DNA of 54,713 nucleotides, taken from contig NC_057718.1 of assembly GCF_004010195.1 (NCBI RefSeq), positions 23,768,287 to 23,822,999 of the forward strand, read 5' to 3'. Below the pieces are notes generated by a model. That model had not been told where the DNA came from. It did no database searches and saw only the letters and a list, made by a program, of their open reading frames with translations. Positions 24,503 to 37,935 of this stretch are shown here, piece by piece (positions within the stretch are counted from its first letter, which is position 1; every line of letters begins with the position of its first letter). Position numbers and translations under genes: made by a program. Origin of the DNA: Chiloscyllium plagiosum (Eukaryota).

Positions 24503-24900
24503 GGAGGTCTTGTGGCTCAGTGGGAAATGTTCCTGACTCCAAACCAGCAGCTGTGCGTTTAAGTTCAATTCCAGGACCTGATATTCAAGGAAAGTGTGTC
24601 AATAACATGGTCAAATAAGCTGAGTATCAATTATAGATCTTCGCAAAATCCAACAATATCAGGTGGTAGGAGCAGAGAGATTTCTGGTCAGCCATGTGGT
24701 GGTTAAGAAATCAAAGTCTCTACTATCACTAACCATAGCTCCAGTTTACAACATGAATGTAAAAATATATACTGCCACAGCAACTCAGGCACGTTTGGGT
24801 GGTTCAAAAAAGGATACCAATTGTCTAGATGGCCAGTGTGGATCACATCGGTCCCAACAGAATAGGGTTTGATCGAAGATCAATTCAGGACTTGTGTCTT
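24503..24900 (+). mobile_element. tRNA-derived SINE (third family)
   Basis: tgtggctcagtgg...aagttcaattccagg head; related heads occur at about 9955, 53470 and 53718. Confidence 0.5.
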
Positions 24901-25136
24901 TGAGGGTTGTAACTCTTTTGTCATATGGCTTGATGCCTCACCATGAGTTTGCATTCCTTGCAGACTAGTTAAAGAGAAATCAAGAGAAGGACTGTTTTCA
25001 ATTTTAGCCTTTCAAAATAATACCATTTATTATACATTCATACTGCAATACATGGTAAACATAGATATTCCAGCTCTGACTTATAACTATATTCAAGAAT
25101 AACTAAAGTGTCTATTTTATGTGTGCAAGACCTTAC

Positions 25137-25345
25137 CTTATCAGTGTTTTTTCCAGAGGGTGAGGAGTTCTGGTGTTCTGTTCTTCCAATGTCCTAACTC
25201 TGCTTAGTCTGTGGCATTTATACCCAGTGATGTGCAGCTCTATGGCATCATTGCCAGGTTGTTTCAGTGTCCTAAGGTCTTACACAGCAGTGTCATTATG
25301 TGTTGGATCAGCAAACAGCAACGTGAAGACAACAAGCTTATAAAC
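25137..25345 (-). other. Candidate 209-bp internal exon (stop codons in all three frames)
   Basis: Acceptor tttttttttacttcattatttccttcag|G and donor AAG|gtaagg in non-repeat sequence. Confidence 0.35.
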
Positions 25346-26424
25346 CTGAAGGAAATAATGAAGTAAAAAAAAAACAGTATTTTATTCATTTAAAGAACAT
25401 TTAATGGCCAATTTTCTTCACCTCCAACATTGCTTTTCAAACGTATTTGTGGCAACTTATAACACATGTATCAACCTTATGGAAGAGAAATGATTGAAAG
25501 ATATGATAGTCCAAAGATTTTGCTGATATTATGATGCCAGTACTCAATATGTTCAACTAATATTCTTGCATCTAATATGTTGATGAAACTGATATCATGT
25601 TGCTATGGAGAAAGTGATGTGTTTCCATGTTAAGACTCAAATAATTTTTTCTCAACTTTAATTCACTCATAACGATATGCTAAATCAAATATTTCTTTTG
25701 TTGCTTTCCAGCTTTTTAATAGAAATATCATGCCTGGCAACTCAATATTTAATGAATATCCCAGGATCTGGTTATGGGATGGCAATTTGACATAGAACGC
25801 ATTGTCAATCAAAGTACTGGGAAGTTTCTTACTGTTTTGTCTCAGTTCACCCTCTTTAAAATTAAAGATCTAACCCAGTTCCATTTGTGAAAAGGAATGT
25901 TGCTCTTCTCAAGACTTTGTAGTATGTGTTTGTTGCCTGTTTCATTGATTTAACTGTAATGCAACTTTATGGAGTGAAATCCGACTAAACTGATGGGCAG
26001 TGGAGAAATTTTAATAAACAAATTAAGTTGTGATATTAAATTGCACATCCATCCCATATTCACTGTTGTATTCCAGAAAGTCAGTTCATGAAGGGTAGAA
26101 ATGAAACCAATCTTTAACCAATGTATAAACATTTATTTGCAGTGTTACACATTAAAACCACAGCCCTCCTAAACTAACACCCCTAGTTAATATCCGCCAC
26201 CTGCTACAACTAAACATTGTTAGTATACAGTTCGGACTCACTTGCATTGCAGCCAATGGGATAGGTTAAAATCATCCGTCTTCTTTGAATAAGATAACAA
26301 AATCAAGTTATTGTGATCTAGAATGGATTGCCTTAACAAGCAGTGAATGTTTACTGAGTAGTACTTTCTGAAGGGAATTGAATAAATATTTGAAGAGAAA
26401 AGAGTAGGCAATAAAACAAAAAGG

Positions 26425-27240
26425 TATAGAAACAGCAGTTGGTTATTCAGCCCAATGAGTCTCTTCTGCCATGCAAAGCAATTATGGCTGCTCTGATAAT
26501 CTTCAACTTGGCTTTACTGCCTTTTCCTCATAACCCTGATACATAAATCTGTACATCTCAGCCTTTCATATCCTTAATGGCCCAGCCCCAACAGTCCTCT
26601 GAAATTTAAAAAAAATCTACAGATTCACCACCCTCTAAGAAAAGAAATTCTTCCTCACCTCCATTTTAAATGGGTGACCTCTTACTTTGAGATTACATTC
26701 TCTAGTCCTAGATCCTCCCTCAAGGGGAAACCAACCTTTCTGTATCTACCCTTCCAAGCCCCTCAAGAATCTTGTCTGTTTCAATGAGATTACTTCTAAT
26801 TTTTCTAAACTCAATTGTGTGCAGGTCCAATGTACTCAACCTGTCCTCCTAACAGTCCCTCAACACCTGGGATCAGCCCAGTGAACCTTCTCTGGACTGC
26901 TTCCAGTGCCATGCAATTTTTCCTGAGATAAGTGGGCCAAAACTGCTCAGATTAGTCCTGATGTGATCTAACTATTGCTTTTTTTTTGGTTTTAATGAGA
27001 ACTCCCTACTTTTATGCTCCATTCCCTTTGAAATAAAGTCCGAGATTGCAACTGCCTTCTATTATCTGATGATTGCGGACGTCAGCATTTTTCTGATATC
27101 TGCCTGAGTGCTCTTAAGTCTCTCTGTGATGTAGTGCCCTTGCCTTTCTCCATTTAATTAATATTCAGCTTCTCTGTTCTTCCTGCCAAAGTGCATAACC
27201 TCACATTTTCCCACATTATATTCCTTATGCTAATTCTTTT
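26425..27240 (-). mobile_element. Old CR1 LINE 3' portion
   Basis: Colinear degraded CR1 ORF2 C-terminus and 3' UTR. Confidence 0.8.
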
Positions 27241-27995
27241 ATGAGACAATGTGAGATTATGCTTAGTTTTTTTTTGAGAGGTAATGTGAGATCGTGTACC
27301 TTGACAGGAGAAGGAGAGAACCAATTGCTGCATGCAGAGTCATAGGGCTCAAAACATTAGCTCTGTTTTCTTCTCACAGATGCTGCCAGACCTGCTGAGT
27401 TTCTCCAGAAATGTTTGTTTTTGATGAGGACTGGCCCTGATTTGATACCTCTTTCAAAAGCAGAACATAGGCAGGAGGAGTTGAATGGCTTCCTTTTGTG
27501 CGTTTTCATTTTATGATGGCAAGTTCAATAAAACTAGAACAGAAAGAGGCAAAGTCTGTGGAAATTTATTGATTACCTGCTTCAACACTTCAATTTTATC
27601 TCAAAGTCTTAACAATCTGAACAAATTTTTGTAGTGATCTGCCACATTCAATAGCATCTTCATCACAGGTGCTCTCTTGTTGGTTGTGGGTTGGAGCAGG
27701 GAAATGAAAGGATTTGTAAACTTGAGCTTTTTGATTCTATGAGTCCCCAATGATGTTAACTCCCAAATTTCACCTCAATGCTCCCAATCTCTCCTGTGTC
27801 CAAACAAGGCTCATTGGCATTTGGGAGTGGAATGTCAGGGTAGCCCGAGAGTTCTCTCTGCACCCAAAGGCAGTTGGATGCATGGTTAATGATTTCACCT
27901 TTTTTCCAGCACACTCTGCCCTGTCCGACCTTTTTATTTTCAATCTTCACCTCACAGAACGTTCATAAAAAATCAAAAGCAATCATAATTTTTTT

Positions 27996-28426
27996 GTCAG
28001 CCATGGCTCACTTGGTAACACTTCCATTTCAGAAGGCTGTGAGTTCAAATCCTACTCCAGTCACTTGGGTGGAACAATCCAGGCTGACACTGTCAGGTAG
28101 TACCCAGGCAGTGTAGCACAATCAGAGGTGATGTTATTCAGATGAGATGCTAAACCAGGCCTAGTCTGCTCCTCCAAGGTGGTATGAAAGATTTCACGAT
28201 GCAAATTCAAAACAGACAAAGGGAGTTAGTCCAGTGTTTGTGCCAATGTTCATCCTTCATTCAACATAATAGAAATATATTATCTAGCCATTATCACATT
28301 CTGGTCTGTGGTAGTTTGTTGTGATTCTCTGATTCTCACTCTACAGCATTGACTGCATTTGAAAGGCTTGATTGTAAATGCTTTGGTGCATCCTGTGATT
28401 GAGAAATGTTCTATGTAAATGCAAGT
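27996..28426 (+). mobile_element. Deu-domain (SacSINE/AmnSINE-like) SINE
   Basis: tRNA head, central gatgagatgctaaacc...ggtggtatgaaagat...gggagtt...gccaat...ttatcacatt core, and L2-like tail ending tatgtaaatgcaagt. Confidence 0.7.
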
Positions 28427-28859
28427 AATTTTTCCTTATCTCTCTAAACAACCATATGATTTTTCTCCTCAGTTTGCCCACAGTTGCATCCAGGTGGATA
28501 CATTTTTTATTCTTGGAGGCATCAGTGGGGTTGTCAACTCTTGGTACCTTAGCATATGGGTGAGCCACATGGATAGTAAACTGGAGAGCACCTCAAACAT
28601 ATAACTGCCTGAGTCATAGGTTTGTGTACTGCTGAATGAGTGGGAGTTCTTTGTACCCAATTCCAACATTGTGAATTTCAGTTTTCTTGGAAGCTTCTAT
28701 CTTGAATCCTTCTGCCTTAAATCCTTCCAGCTTGGGAGCCCACTGCCCATTATCACTTAAATGGTGAATATGCCATCTGGCCACTGACCATCTTCTTAGT
28801 ATTAATGGCGAAAGGGATGAGATAGTATGGGGAGAAAGTGGGGACAGGACACTGAGTTG

Positions 28860-28994
28860 AAGGGGAAGGTGAGGACTGCAGATGCTAGAGATCAGAGTCG
28901 AGAGTGTGGTGCTGGAAAAGCACAGCCGGTCAGGCAGGATCCGAGGTGCAGAAAAATCGACATTTTGGACAAAAGCCCTTCATCAGGAATGTAG
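28860..28994 (-). mobile_element. Solo PLE terminal repeat inserted in a CR1 3' tail
   Basis: TSD ctgagttg at 28852-28859 and 28995-29002; degenerate hammerhead core. Confidence 0.8.
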
Positions 28995-30307
28995 CTGAGT
29001 TGGATGATCAGCTCTAGTCATATTGAATGGTGGAGCAGGCTTGAAGGGCTGAATAGCCTACTCCTCCTTCTACCTTGCATGTTTCTACATTTCTTGAAGA
29101 TGGTATCACACGCCAACCCAGTCTGGGATCCTGACCCAGAAATTCAGCCGCTTGTATTAAAGAACATTCATCATTGCAGTCGCATTTCCATCTTGCAGCC
29201 AAAAGTGAAATCTGGTAATTTCTCGAGTGAAACCACCAGTTTCTGGAAGTCTCATACTATTATTCAATGCTCACTTTTAACAAGATTGCAACTGTCTGAG
29301 TTTGTTTCACTCAGACTCCTTGAAGCAGGAGGGTGAGCAGAGTTTCACTCTGGGCTAGGTTTGACATTTTGTGTTATTTGCATACTTAAATTTGCCCACC
29401 ATCTCCATTAGCTCAGGGGGTGGATCGTCCTGTACCATAGGCATCTCCACGCACACTGTCATTAATGCTTCAAATTGAAATCATTCATGCCCAAGAGCTG
29501 AATGGAAGCAAACCGTGTATGAAAATAATGTCATGGTCGTTTAGAGATGGAAGATCTCCTATTAGTAATAGCTCAGTTTATATTGGCCTATCAATCATCT
29601 GGACGGAGACACCCTTTGGCAAATGTATAGTCTTTAATCTTCATAACACAATGCAACAAATAAATCCCGCATAATCATGTCAATCCATCAGATGAACTAC
29701 AAAATGTTGATGATAATTCACATTATTTGTCAATTGTTTTTGTCTCTTTAATAAGTACAAAGCAAAGCCTTTTCCCAAGCTGAGCCCCAACATGTAATAG
29801 TGAAAATCACTAGCATCCTATTTTGGTTTAATTCTACTGAGCTACCTTATCTCAGAATGGACTGTAAAGACCAACCTTCAAGCCCTATTCGGATGCCCTA
29901 ATCTTGTCAATTAAGATTCAGACAATCTCCCACTTACTTTGCTAATTTAAGTAGCATTTCAATATCCACGGCACAGTTTGCAACGCAGTGTCATTTTTTC
30001 TCAAATCCAGCATTCAGATTTATTCCATTTTGTTTGGCTTGTAAGTTTAAAATTAAGTTATGATTTTATTATATGCATGAATAAAGTGTATGGCACCTTT
30101 CAAACTCTATGGACCTGTAACTCAGCATGGTGCCAAGTAGTGAGTGAACAACTATTCTCATAAGTTACAGATACAGTTTATCCTTCTTCTATAAACTCAC
30201 AGAAAACAGCAATTTTCAAACACCTGGATTTGGAAAGAATCAAATGTTTTGCTGCTACAGGTGGCAAGCTCTGATTTACTGATACTCTAGCTCTGATTTT
30301 GAGATCT

Positions 30308-30502
30308 AGGAGAAAATTAGGACCGCAGATGCTGGAGAGCAGAATGAAAAAGTGTGGCACTGGAAAAGCACAGCCGGTCAGGCAGCACCCAAGTAGCAGG
30401 AGAGTCGACATTTCAAGCATAAGCTCTTCATCATAAACGTCAACTCTCCTGCTCCTTGGATGTTGCCTGACCAGCTGTGCTTTTCCAGCACCCCACTTCT
30501 AA
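30308..30502. mobile_element. Short fold-back PLE terminal-repeat insertion
   Basis: TSD gagatct at 30301-30307 and 30503-30509; two inverted copies of the terminal repeat. Confidence 0.82.
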
Positions 30503-30669
30503 GAGATCTGTCTGATTTGTTGCCTGCTCAACTGTCATGCTCATTGGCACTCTCTTTAGTTCAAACAGCCACATGGAGTTCAGCATTCACAGGAACTGTA
30601 TCTGCAGCCAAGAACATAATTGATTCTATTGGCTTGTCATCGATAGTGGATGAGGAGGCTTGAGTTTAC

Positions 30670-31270
30670 AAACACATGAATCAGGAGTAGGAGGAGACCA
30701 CTCATCCCCTCTAGCCTGCTCAGCCACTTTAAAAAGTCATGGCTGATCTGATTGTGGACTCAACTCCACATTCCCACCCACCTGTTAGAACCACTGAGTC
30801 CCACGTTTGTCAAGCATTTATCTACCTCTAACTGAAAAGGATCAATGACCAACCTCCACTGATCAAGAGAAGAGATTTGCAAAGGCTTTCAAGTCTGAGC
30901 GAAAAAAAGTCCTTCTCATCTCCATTTTAAATGAAAGGCCCTTATTAATAAACTATGTCCCCTATTCTAGTCTCTCCCACAAGGGGATCTGTCTTTCACT
31001 CTGTCGAGTGCTCTCAGATCCTTTCAATATGATCAGCCTTCGTTCTTCTGTATTCCGATGGATACAGTCCCACCCTTTCCAATTGTTCCTTATAAGGTAA
31101 CACCAACATTCCAGGTATCAACTGAATGAAGCTTCTTAAACAGTTTACAGCCTTTCATGAATAAGGAGACAAAAACCATGCACAGTATTCCAGATGTGGC
31201 CTTAACAACACCAAATAACTGTAGCAAAACATCCGTACCATTATATCCCATTGCCTTTTGCAATAAATTA
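30670..31270 (-). mobile_element. Old CR1 LINE 3' portion
   Basis: Degraded CR1 3' UTR and ORF2 C-terminus. Confidence 0.75.
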
Positions 31271-31919
31271 CAAATTTCGATTTGCCATCTAAATCATGGC
31301 AATCAGCTCTCGAACTCCAGACTTCTAAATTCAAATTCTTAAATTGTCAGTTTTAGACATTGACTGCATTTCATTCATACATGAAGAAAAGAAAGTTCAT
31401 GTCTGAGATATTATGACTTTTGCTTGAGGTTATAAATCTGGAGATAAATTTGCAATCATTGACAAACTTGGCCAAAGGCTTTTTTTAGGGGAATTTGTGC
31501 TGGAGCCCACAGTGATTAGAAACCTACTTTGGCATAGCATTCTCTAAAAGGGATCTGGATTCTGTGTGACCAGGACTGGCAATCAGAACAATGAATTGCT
31601 AATAAGCTGTACAGAGTCTGAACGAGGAAGTACAATGCCAAACATTCAATGTCAAATCAGACACAGAAAGTGTAATAAAACAAGAATATGAAGGAAAGAA
31701 AGAGAGAAATAAAACAGTGAGAAATATAAAATAAAATTTAAAGACAGTTTGTTTTTCAAAACCTCAACAATAATTAAACTTTGTACTTTTAAATTTCATG
31801 TTAAATGCCAGAGAGATTATATAATAGCAATTAAGACTTAATAAAACATTGAAAGGTGTTTACAGTAAATGCACAAGCCCTAACATTTCTGTTGTTTCTG
31901 TATGTTTAATGGGTTTCTC

Positions 31920-32190
31920 TAATATTTATTGCCATCTCACAGGGCAGTTAAGAGTGAACCATATGGCTGTGGGTCTGGAATCACATGGAAGCCAGACCTG
32001 GTAAGGATGACTGATTTCTTTCTCTAAGGGACGTGAGTAAACCAAGTGGGTTTAAATAACAATTGACAGAGTTTACATGGTTGCAAAGAGGCTAGCTTTT
32101 TGTAGATTTCAAAAGTTATGATCTCCCATGGTGGGATACACGCTCATGTTCCTGAAGCATTAGCCTTGGGTTCTGGAATACTCATCCAGT
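31920..32190 (-). mobile_element. tRNA-derived SINE (second family)
   Basis: Reverse-complement similarity to 22486-22837. Confidence 0.6.
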
Positions 32191-32278
32191 TTCTCTCTGA
32201 CTGTAACAACACCTTGCCCTCACGATATAGAGCAGCTTCACACCTTTGTATGTACTTCAGTGATGAGCTATTGACAAG

Positions 32279-32895
32279 ATAGTCATAGTCATAGAGTCAT
32301 AGAGATGTACAGCATGGAAACAGACCCTTCAGTCCAGCCCGTCCATGCCGACCAGATATCCCAAACCAATCTAGTCCCACCTGCCAGCACCCGGCCCATA
32401 TCCCTCCAAACCCTTCCTATTCATATACCCATCCAAATGCCTCTTAAATGTTGCAATTGTACCAGCCTCCACCACATCCTATGGCAGCCCATTCCATACA
32501 CGTACCACCCTCTGCATGAAAAAGTTGCCCCTTAGGTCTCTTTTATATAACCCTTTCAAGTTTCACAACATCTTTCCGATAGGAAGGAGACCAGAACTGC
32601 ACGCAATATTCCAACAGTGGCCTAACCAAAGTCCTGTACAGCCACAACATGACCTCCCAACTCCTGTACTCAATACTCTGACCAATAAAGGAAAGCATAC
32701 CAAACGCCTTCTTCACTATCCTATCTACCTGTGACTCCACTTTCAAGGCGCTATGAACCTGCACTCCAAAGTCTCTTTGTTCAGCAACACTCCCTAGGAC
32801 CTTACCATTAAGTGTATAAGTCCCGCTAGGATTTGCTTTCCCAAAATGTAGCACCTCGCATTTATCTGAATTAAACTCCATCTGCCACTTCTCAA
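32279..32895 (-). mobile_element. CR1 LINE 3' fragment with an internal deletion near 32547
   Basis: KWQMEFNSDKCEVLHFG...LYRTLVRPLLEYCVQFWSP and a (CTATGACT)n tail. Confidence 0.93.
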
Positions 32896-33849
32896 GGAGC
32901 AATGTCCTGATTTCCCATTTTAATTATTCAATTGCAATCTCTGGAAGACGTTGTCCAAATTGCCCTTCAATAACTATGAGCGTTATTAAGGTCACTGTTA
33001 TTTACACAGCAAAGACTGACCCATTGAATTTCAGTCCTTTGTCCACCAATCCTGCCTGGCTGGCTGAGTGTTTCCAGCATTTCCTGTTATTTTATTGCCA
33101 TGAAAATGTTGTTCACTATGAGTGGATAGTTTAACTTTGCCCTGTTCAAATTCCAACTCTAGACAATTCAATATAACAATTCATAAATTGGTTTATTATT
33201 CTCAGAATAAAAGGATTGTGCTATTAAGTATGTAATAAAGTACTCCAACAGACTTGCCAGCTGTGTATGCTCATACGTAATATATTTTAAAAAACTGGGT
33301 GGCACAGTGATTCACATCTGAGAGATGGAATTACAGCTTTGCTGATTGCAGAGAGAAAACACATAGTAGGTTTGAGCAATCTCAACATTGAGGGCATGAA
33401 CTTACAGCATAAAACTTGCTTTTGTTATCTTAAATAAGGTTTATGCAGTGCAGAGAACTCCTGCTCCAATAGTGACAGATGAAACATTGGCCCTGTTTAG
33501 TCTGTATCTAACCTAGAGTTGCTCACGCAATAGCCCTGAATTGGAAGTGATCCGTTCCCCTATAATGCTGTCCCTTACCTCGATGAACATTAAAAACTGA
33601 TGGTCTTGAAGTAGCTTTTGCAGGAAGTGATTAATGGACACAGCTTTGATAAGCATGCACAGAAGGTATTACACCATTATGCCAAGTCTTTACAAAACAA
33701 TGCAAAGATTTGCAGATGACTTCTGGAGCATCTTTTTCAACAAAATATGAAGAATATTTTAACCAAATGCTTGAGGCAGAATCAACTTCAGGGCCCAGAC
33801 ATTTAATGAATAAGACAACCCAAAAGTCACTTCTCCAAAACTGTGAACA

Positions 33850-35063
33850 GAATTCGAGCCGACTGCCCTGAGAAATAGCGCTGCAGCAACTTCAAGGACT
33901 GCAACAGTCTGATAGGTCAGCCTAGGTGCTCTGTCACTTTTACCCCAGCTGAAAAAACAAAAATAACATGTGGTCCAGTAGCCCTCACCTCTCACACCTG
34001 CTCCGGCCTCTAGCACATTCCCAGGCCACATCCATGACAACCTTATACACCCTAATGGCACCCCCATATCCTCCATGTTACATCAACCTCCCGCACCTCC
34101 CTTATACCCTCAATCTTACTTCATACCTCCCACACACACCCATTGCACCTTAAAGACGTTATGCAAACTCATAATGTCCCATGTACCCCACACACCGTGT
34201 TTTGCCTTTACACTCTCTATGCCAACTCCCCCAGTAACATATCATGGGCAGATCTCTGGAAAAACACCTGCGGTGAAAATAAAAAGAACTCTCACCAATG
34301 TAAGTTAAATATTCACTGCAATTCTTCAGCAAGTTAATCCCTTATGAAGAGAAGCACTAGTGCTCAGAGCTCCACATCAAACACTTCATTACCAATTGTA
34401 GCTATCAATTAGTCTCTGGATTAACAAGCACGCAAAAGTGATAAGGATAATTTGTGAATTCAGTAAACACAGGTTCTATAAGTTTAGCTCTCAGGCTTAT
34501 GTCAAAAGACATTGTGAAATAGCAAGCATTAATTTCTTTTAACACTGCGGACTTTTATTATGAACTTGAAAACCCGGTTATTTAAATGCCTTGACGGCTT
34601 GATAGTTCCATAAACTTGACAGTTTCAATAAATGCATTCTTTTTGTTTCATACACATTAATGTCCACTTTTAACAATCCCAAAGGTTATCTATCTTCTCC
34701 AATAAGCAACCTTCCTCTCCCAATGGGCACATAACCTCTCCAAAATATGTCCCAAGACTTCTGCAAAAGGGTATTTTACCTCATGAAAACGGTACTCTAA
34801 CTTTCCAAAGAACTGTATAAGTTTAGATCTTTTCTTGGAAAGTGTAAAGCCTACAAGCTGTGTTTTGGATATTCCACTAATGAAAATGGGATGTGTTTGA
34901 AGGCAGCTGTAGTTTTTCACGTGTAGCTACTTTGTGAATCATAGCTGTGCAAACTATAACCTGACGCAATTTCCTCCACGACCAACCCACACTATGAAAC
35001 CAATATGGGTGCCTGGTTCAGTGATAGGGTTTCTGTGCCATTTTCTTTTTGAAAATTCAGGCC
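33850..35063 (+). mobile_element. Very degraded Harbinger-like element remnant
   Basis: Myb-end-like text near 33880-33930, a C-rich intron-like stretch, and a TIR-like end gaaaattcaggcc. Confidence 0.25.
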
Positions 35064-35149
35064 AAAATGTTTGTTTTTAAATTTAAAATCCTCACCTCCA
35101 GCCTTGAATAAGGATTCAATGATTCTCCCATCATTATTATTTCCGAAAC

Positions 35150-35815
35150 CTCAGCTTAGCTGAAACTTTGTTGTCCAGAGCTTTTCCTGCACAAATTCCC
35201 ACACACTATTACCTCTGACTTACACTCACTTCAGGTCCCCAATGCCTACAATTTAAAATGCAATTCTCAATTTAAACCCTTTCATGGCTTCACCCCAACC
35301 TCTCTTGTAATTTATTCCAAGTCTAGGCCTCCCAACCTGTCTCATATTCCTTTCTCTGATATCTGGACACCATTCCCATTTGTTTTTTATCCCATAATGG
35401 GTAGCTATATTCTGCCACATTAGGCCTCAATAAATATTCTTTTATTAAATAATATAAATGGAAAAATAGTTTTCAAATAGAAAGTCAGTTATTTTGAATG
35501 ATGGATCAGACTGAAGGGGCTGATTGGCCGATGTCTACTTCTATGTTTCTTTAGTTCACATGCACATACTCAAACATATATCCTATAATACAAATTCACC
35601 AAGGCTCCAAACACGCATAAGTATTTTCAAATAATATTCCTCCTTAAACCTCTCTTTCTGTCCAGCACCTTCCCTCCTTTACATCTTTTATTTAATCCAC
35701 ATTTTAGCATTTGATTACCATTTGGGTTTTCTATCCTCTCCTTTTACTTTAAATCCATTAGTGTCAGATTTTGCTTAGGACATTTTCCTATGTGAAAGAC
35801 GTCATGTAAATGCAG
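35150..35815 (+). mobile_element. Degraded L2 LINE 3' end (interrupted)
   Basis: Remnant of the DLHWL..FKIL..FKSLHGLAP region and the tail gcttaggacattttcctatgtgaaagacgtcatgtaaatgcag. Confidence 0.5.
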
Positions 35816-36304
35816 ATTCATTTTCTTGTTCACATGCAGGACACCACCTTGTTGAGATTTAATGAGATAAAAGATACAAATAATCAAAATATTTCATTAC
35901 AGCATAGATCTAAATGATTGTTGAGTAGTGTTCAGACTTCAGTTATGCAAATAATATGATCTTCTTTGTTAATGCTGTGGGCTGTTCATCATTTCAAAAT
36001 ACAGTTTCTAAGGCCAACAGGAGAACAGATTATGTACATTCTTTGGAAAATCCATATTACAGATTTTTTTTAAAAAGCCTCTTTCAATCTGAAGCAATAG
36101 CCATTTCGGTTGTAGTCAGTAGCTGACTGATTGCATGGACCATCTCCATATAGCAGAACCTGGAGCAACTGACCACTGATGGTCTTTCATCATATTAAGC
36201 AAATAATGCTTCAGTCCTTCATTCAGTAAAAAGAAGGACAAGTGGTGTGAGACATATGTGGTTATCTGGAATGCTTGCAGGAGTCGTCAAGAACTATTTG
36301 AACA

Positions 36305-37935
36305 TCAAGTCATCGAGATGTACAGCACAGAAAAAGAGCCTTCAGACCAACCCATCCATGCCGACCAGATATCCCATCCCAATCGAGTCCCATCTGCCAG
36401 CACCCAGCCATTATCCCTCTGAACCCTTCCTATCCAAATAACCATCCACATACTGAATCAAAACATTTTCTTGTACACACTTAGCAAATTCCTCTCCATG
36501 TAAACTCTTAACCCAATGGTAGTCCCAGCCTATGTTTGGAAAGTTAAAATCCCCTACCATAACCACCCTATTATTCTTACAGATAAATGAAATCTCCTTA
36601 CAAATTTGTTTCTCAATTTCCCTCTGACTATTAGGGAGTCTATAATACAATCCCAATAAGGTGGTCACTTATTTCTCTGTTCCACCCAAATAACTTCCCT
36701 GGATGTATTTCCAGGAATATCCTCCCTCAGCACAGCTGTAATGCTATCCCTTATCAAAAACGCCACTCCCCTTCCTCTCTTGCCTCCCTTTCTGTCATTC
36801 CTGGAACATTTGCATCCTGGAACATTAAGCTGCCAGTCCTGCCCATCCCTGAGCCATGTTTCTGTAATTGCTATGATATCCCAGTCCTATGTTCCTAACC
36901 ATGCTCTGAGTTCATCTGCCTCCCCTTTTAGGTCTCTTGCATTGAAATAAATGCAGTTTAATTGATCAGTCCTACCTTGTTCTCTGCTTTGTCCCTGCCT
37001 GCCCTGACTGTTTGACTCGCTTCTTTTCTCAACTGTACCAGTCTCAGATTGATCTCTTTCCTCACTATCCCACTGGGTCTCCCCACTTCCCCCCCCCCCA
37101 AACTTACTAGTTTAAATCTGCCTGAGCAGCTCTAGCAAATCTCCCTGCCAGTATATTAGTCCTCTTTCAATTCAGGTGCAATCTGTCCTTCTTGTACAGG
37201 TCATCCCAGAGGATATTCCAATGATCCAAAAATGTGAGTCCTTCACCCATACACCATCTCCTCAGCCATGCATTCATCTGCTTTATGCTCCTATTCCTAC
37301 CCTCACTAGCTCGTAGCATCGGAAGTAATTCAAGTATTACTACTCTTGAGTACCTCCTTTTTAAATTCCTGCCTAACTCTCAATCTTCTCCCTTCAGAAT
37401 CTCATCCTTTTCCCTTCCTGTGTTGTTGGTTCCAATGTGTACAATGACCTCCGCTGGCCCCTCTCCCCCTTGAGAACATTCTGCACCCTCTCTGAGACAT
37501 CCTTGACCCTGGCACAGGGGAGGCAACACACCATTCTGATTTTTCACTGCTGGCCACAAAAATGTCTGTCTGTGCCTTGGACTAGAGAGTCCCCTAACAC
37601 TATTGATCTCTTGGAATCCGACGTACCCATCATTGAATTAGAGCCCATCTCAATACCAGAAACTTGCCTGTTCGTGTTACATTCCTCTGAGAATCATCAC
37701 ATCCTACATTTTCCAAAACAGCATACTTGTTTGAAATGGGGATAGCCGCTGAAGACTCCTGCACTAATTGCCTACCGCTCCTTCCTTTCCTGGAGTTAAC
37801 CCATCTATGTGACTGTATCTGTGACTTTCCTATAACTGCCATCCATCACACCCCCTTGCTCTTGTAAATTCCTCATGGCCTCCAACTATCACTCCAACTG
37901 AATCATTCGATCTAATAGGATTCGCAACCAACACA
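36305..37935 (-). mobile_element. CR1 LINE: ORF1 (SGNH esterase-like) and endonuclease joined directly to a 3' tail
   Basis: ORF1 RMVCCLPCARVKDVSERVQNVL..VIVHIGTN; endonuclease LGLYYRLPNS..VVMVGDFNFPNI.W..QYVD; 3' tail at 36305-36448. Confidence 0.9.
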
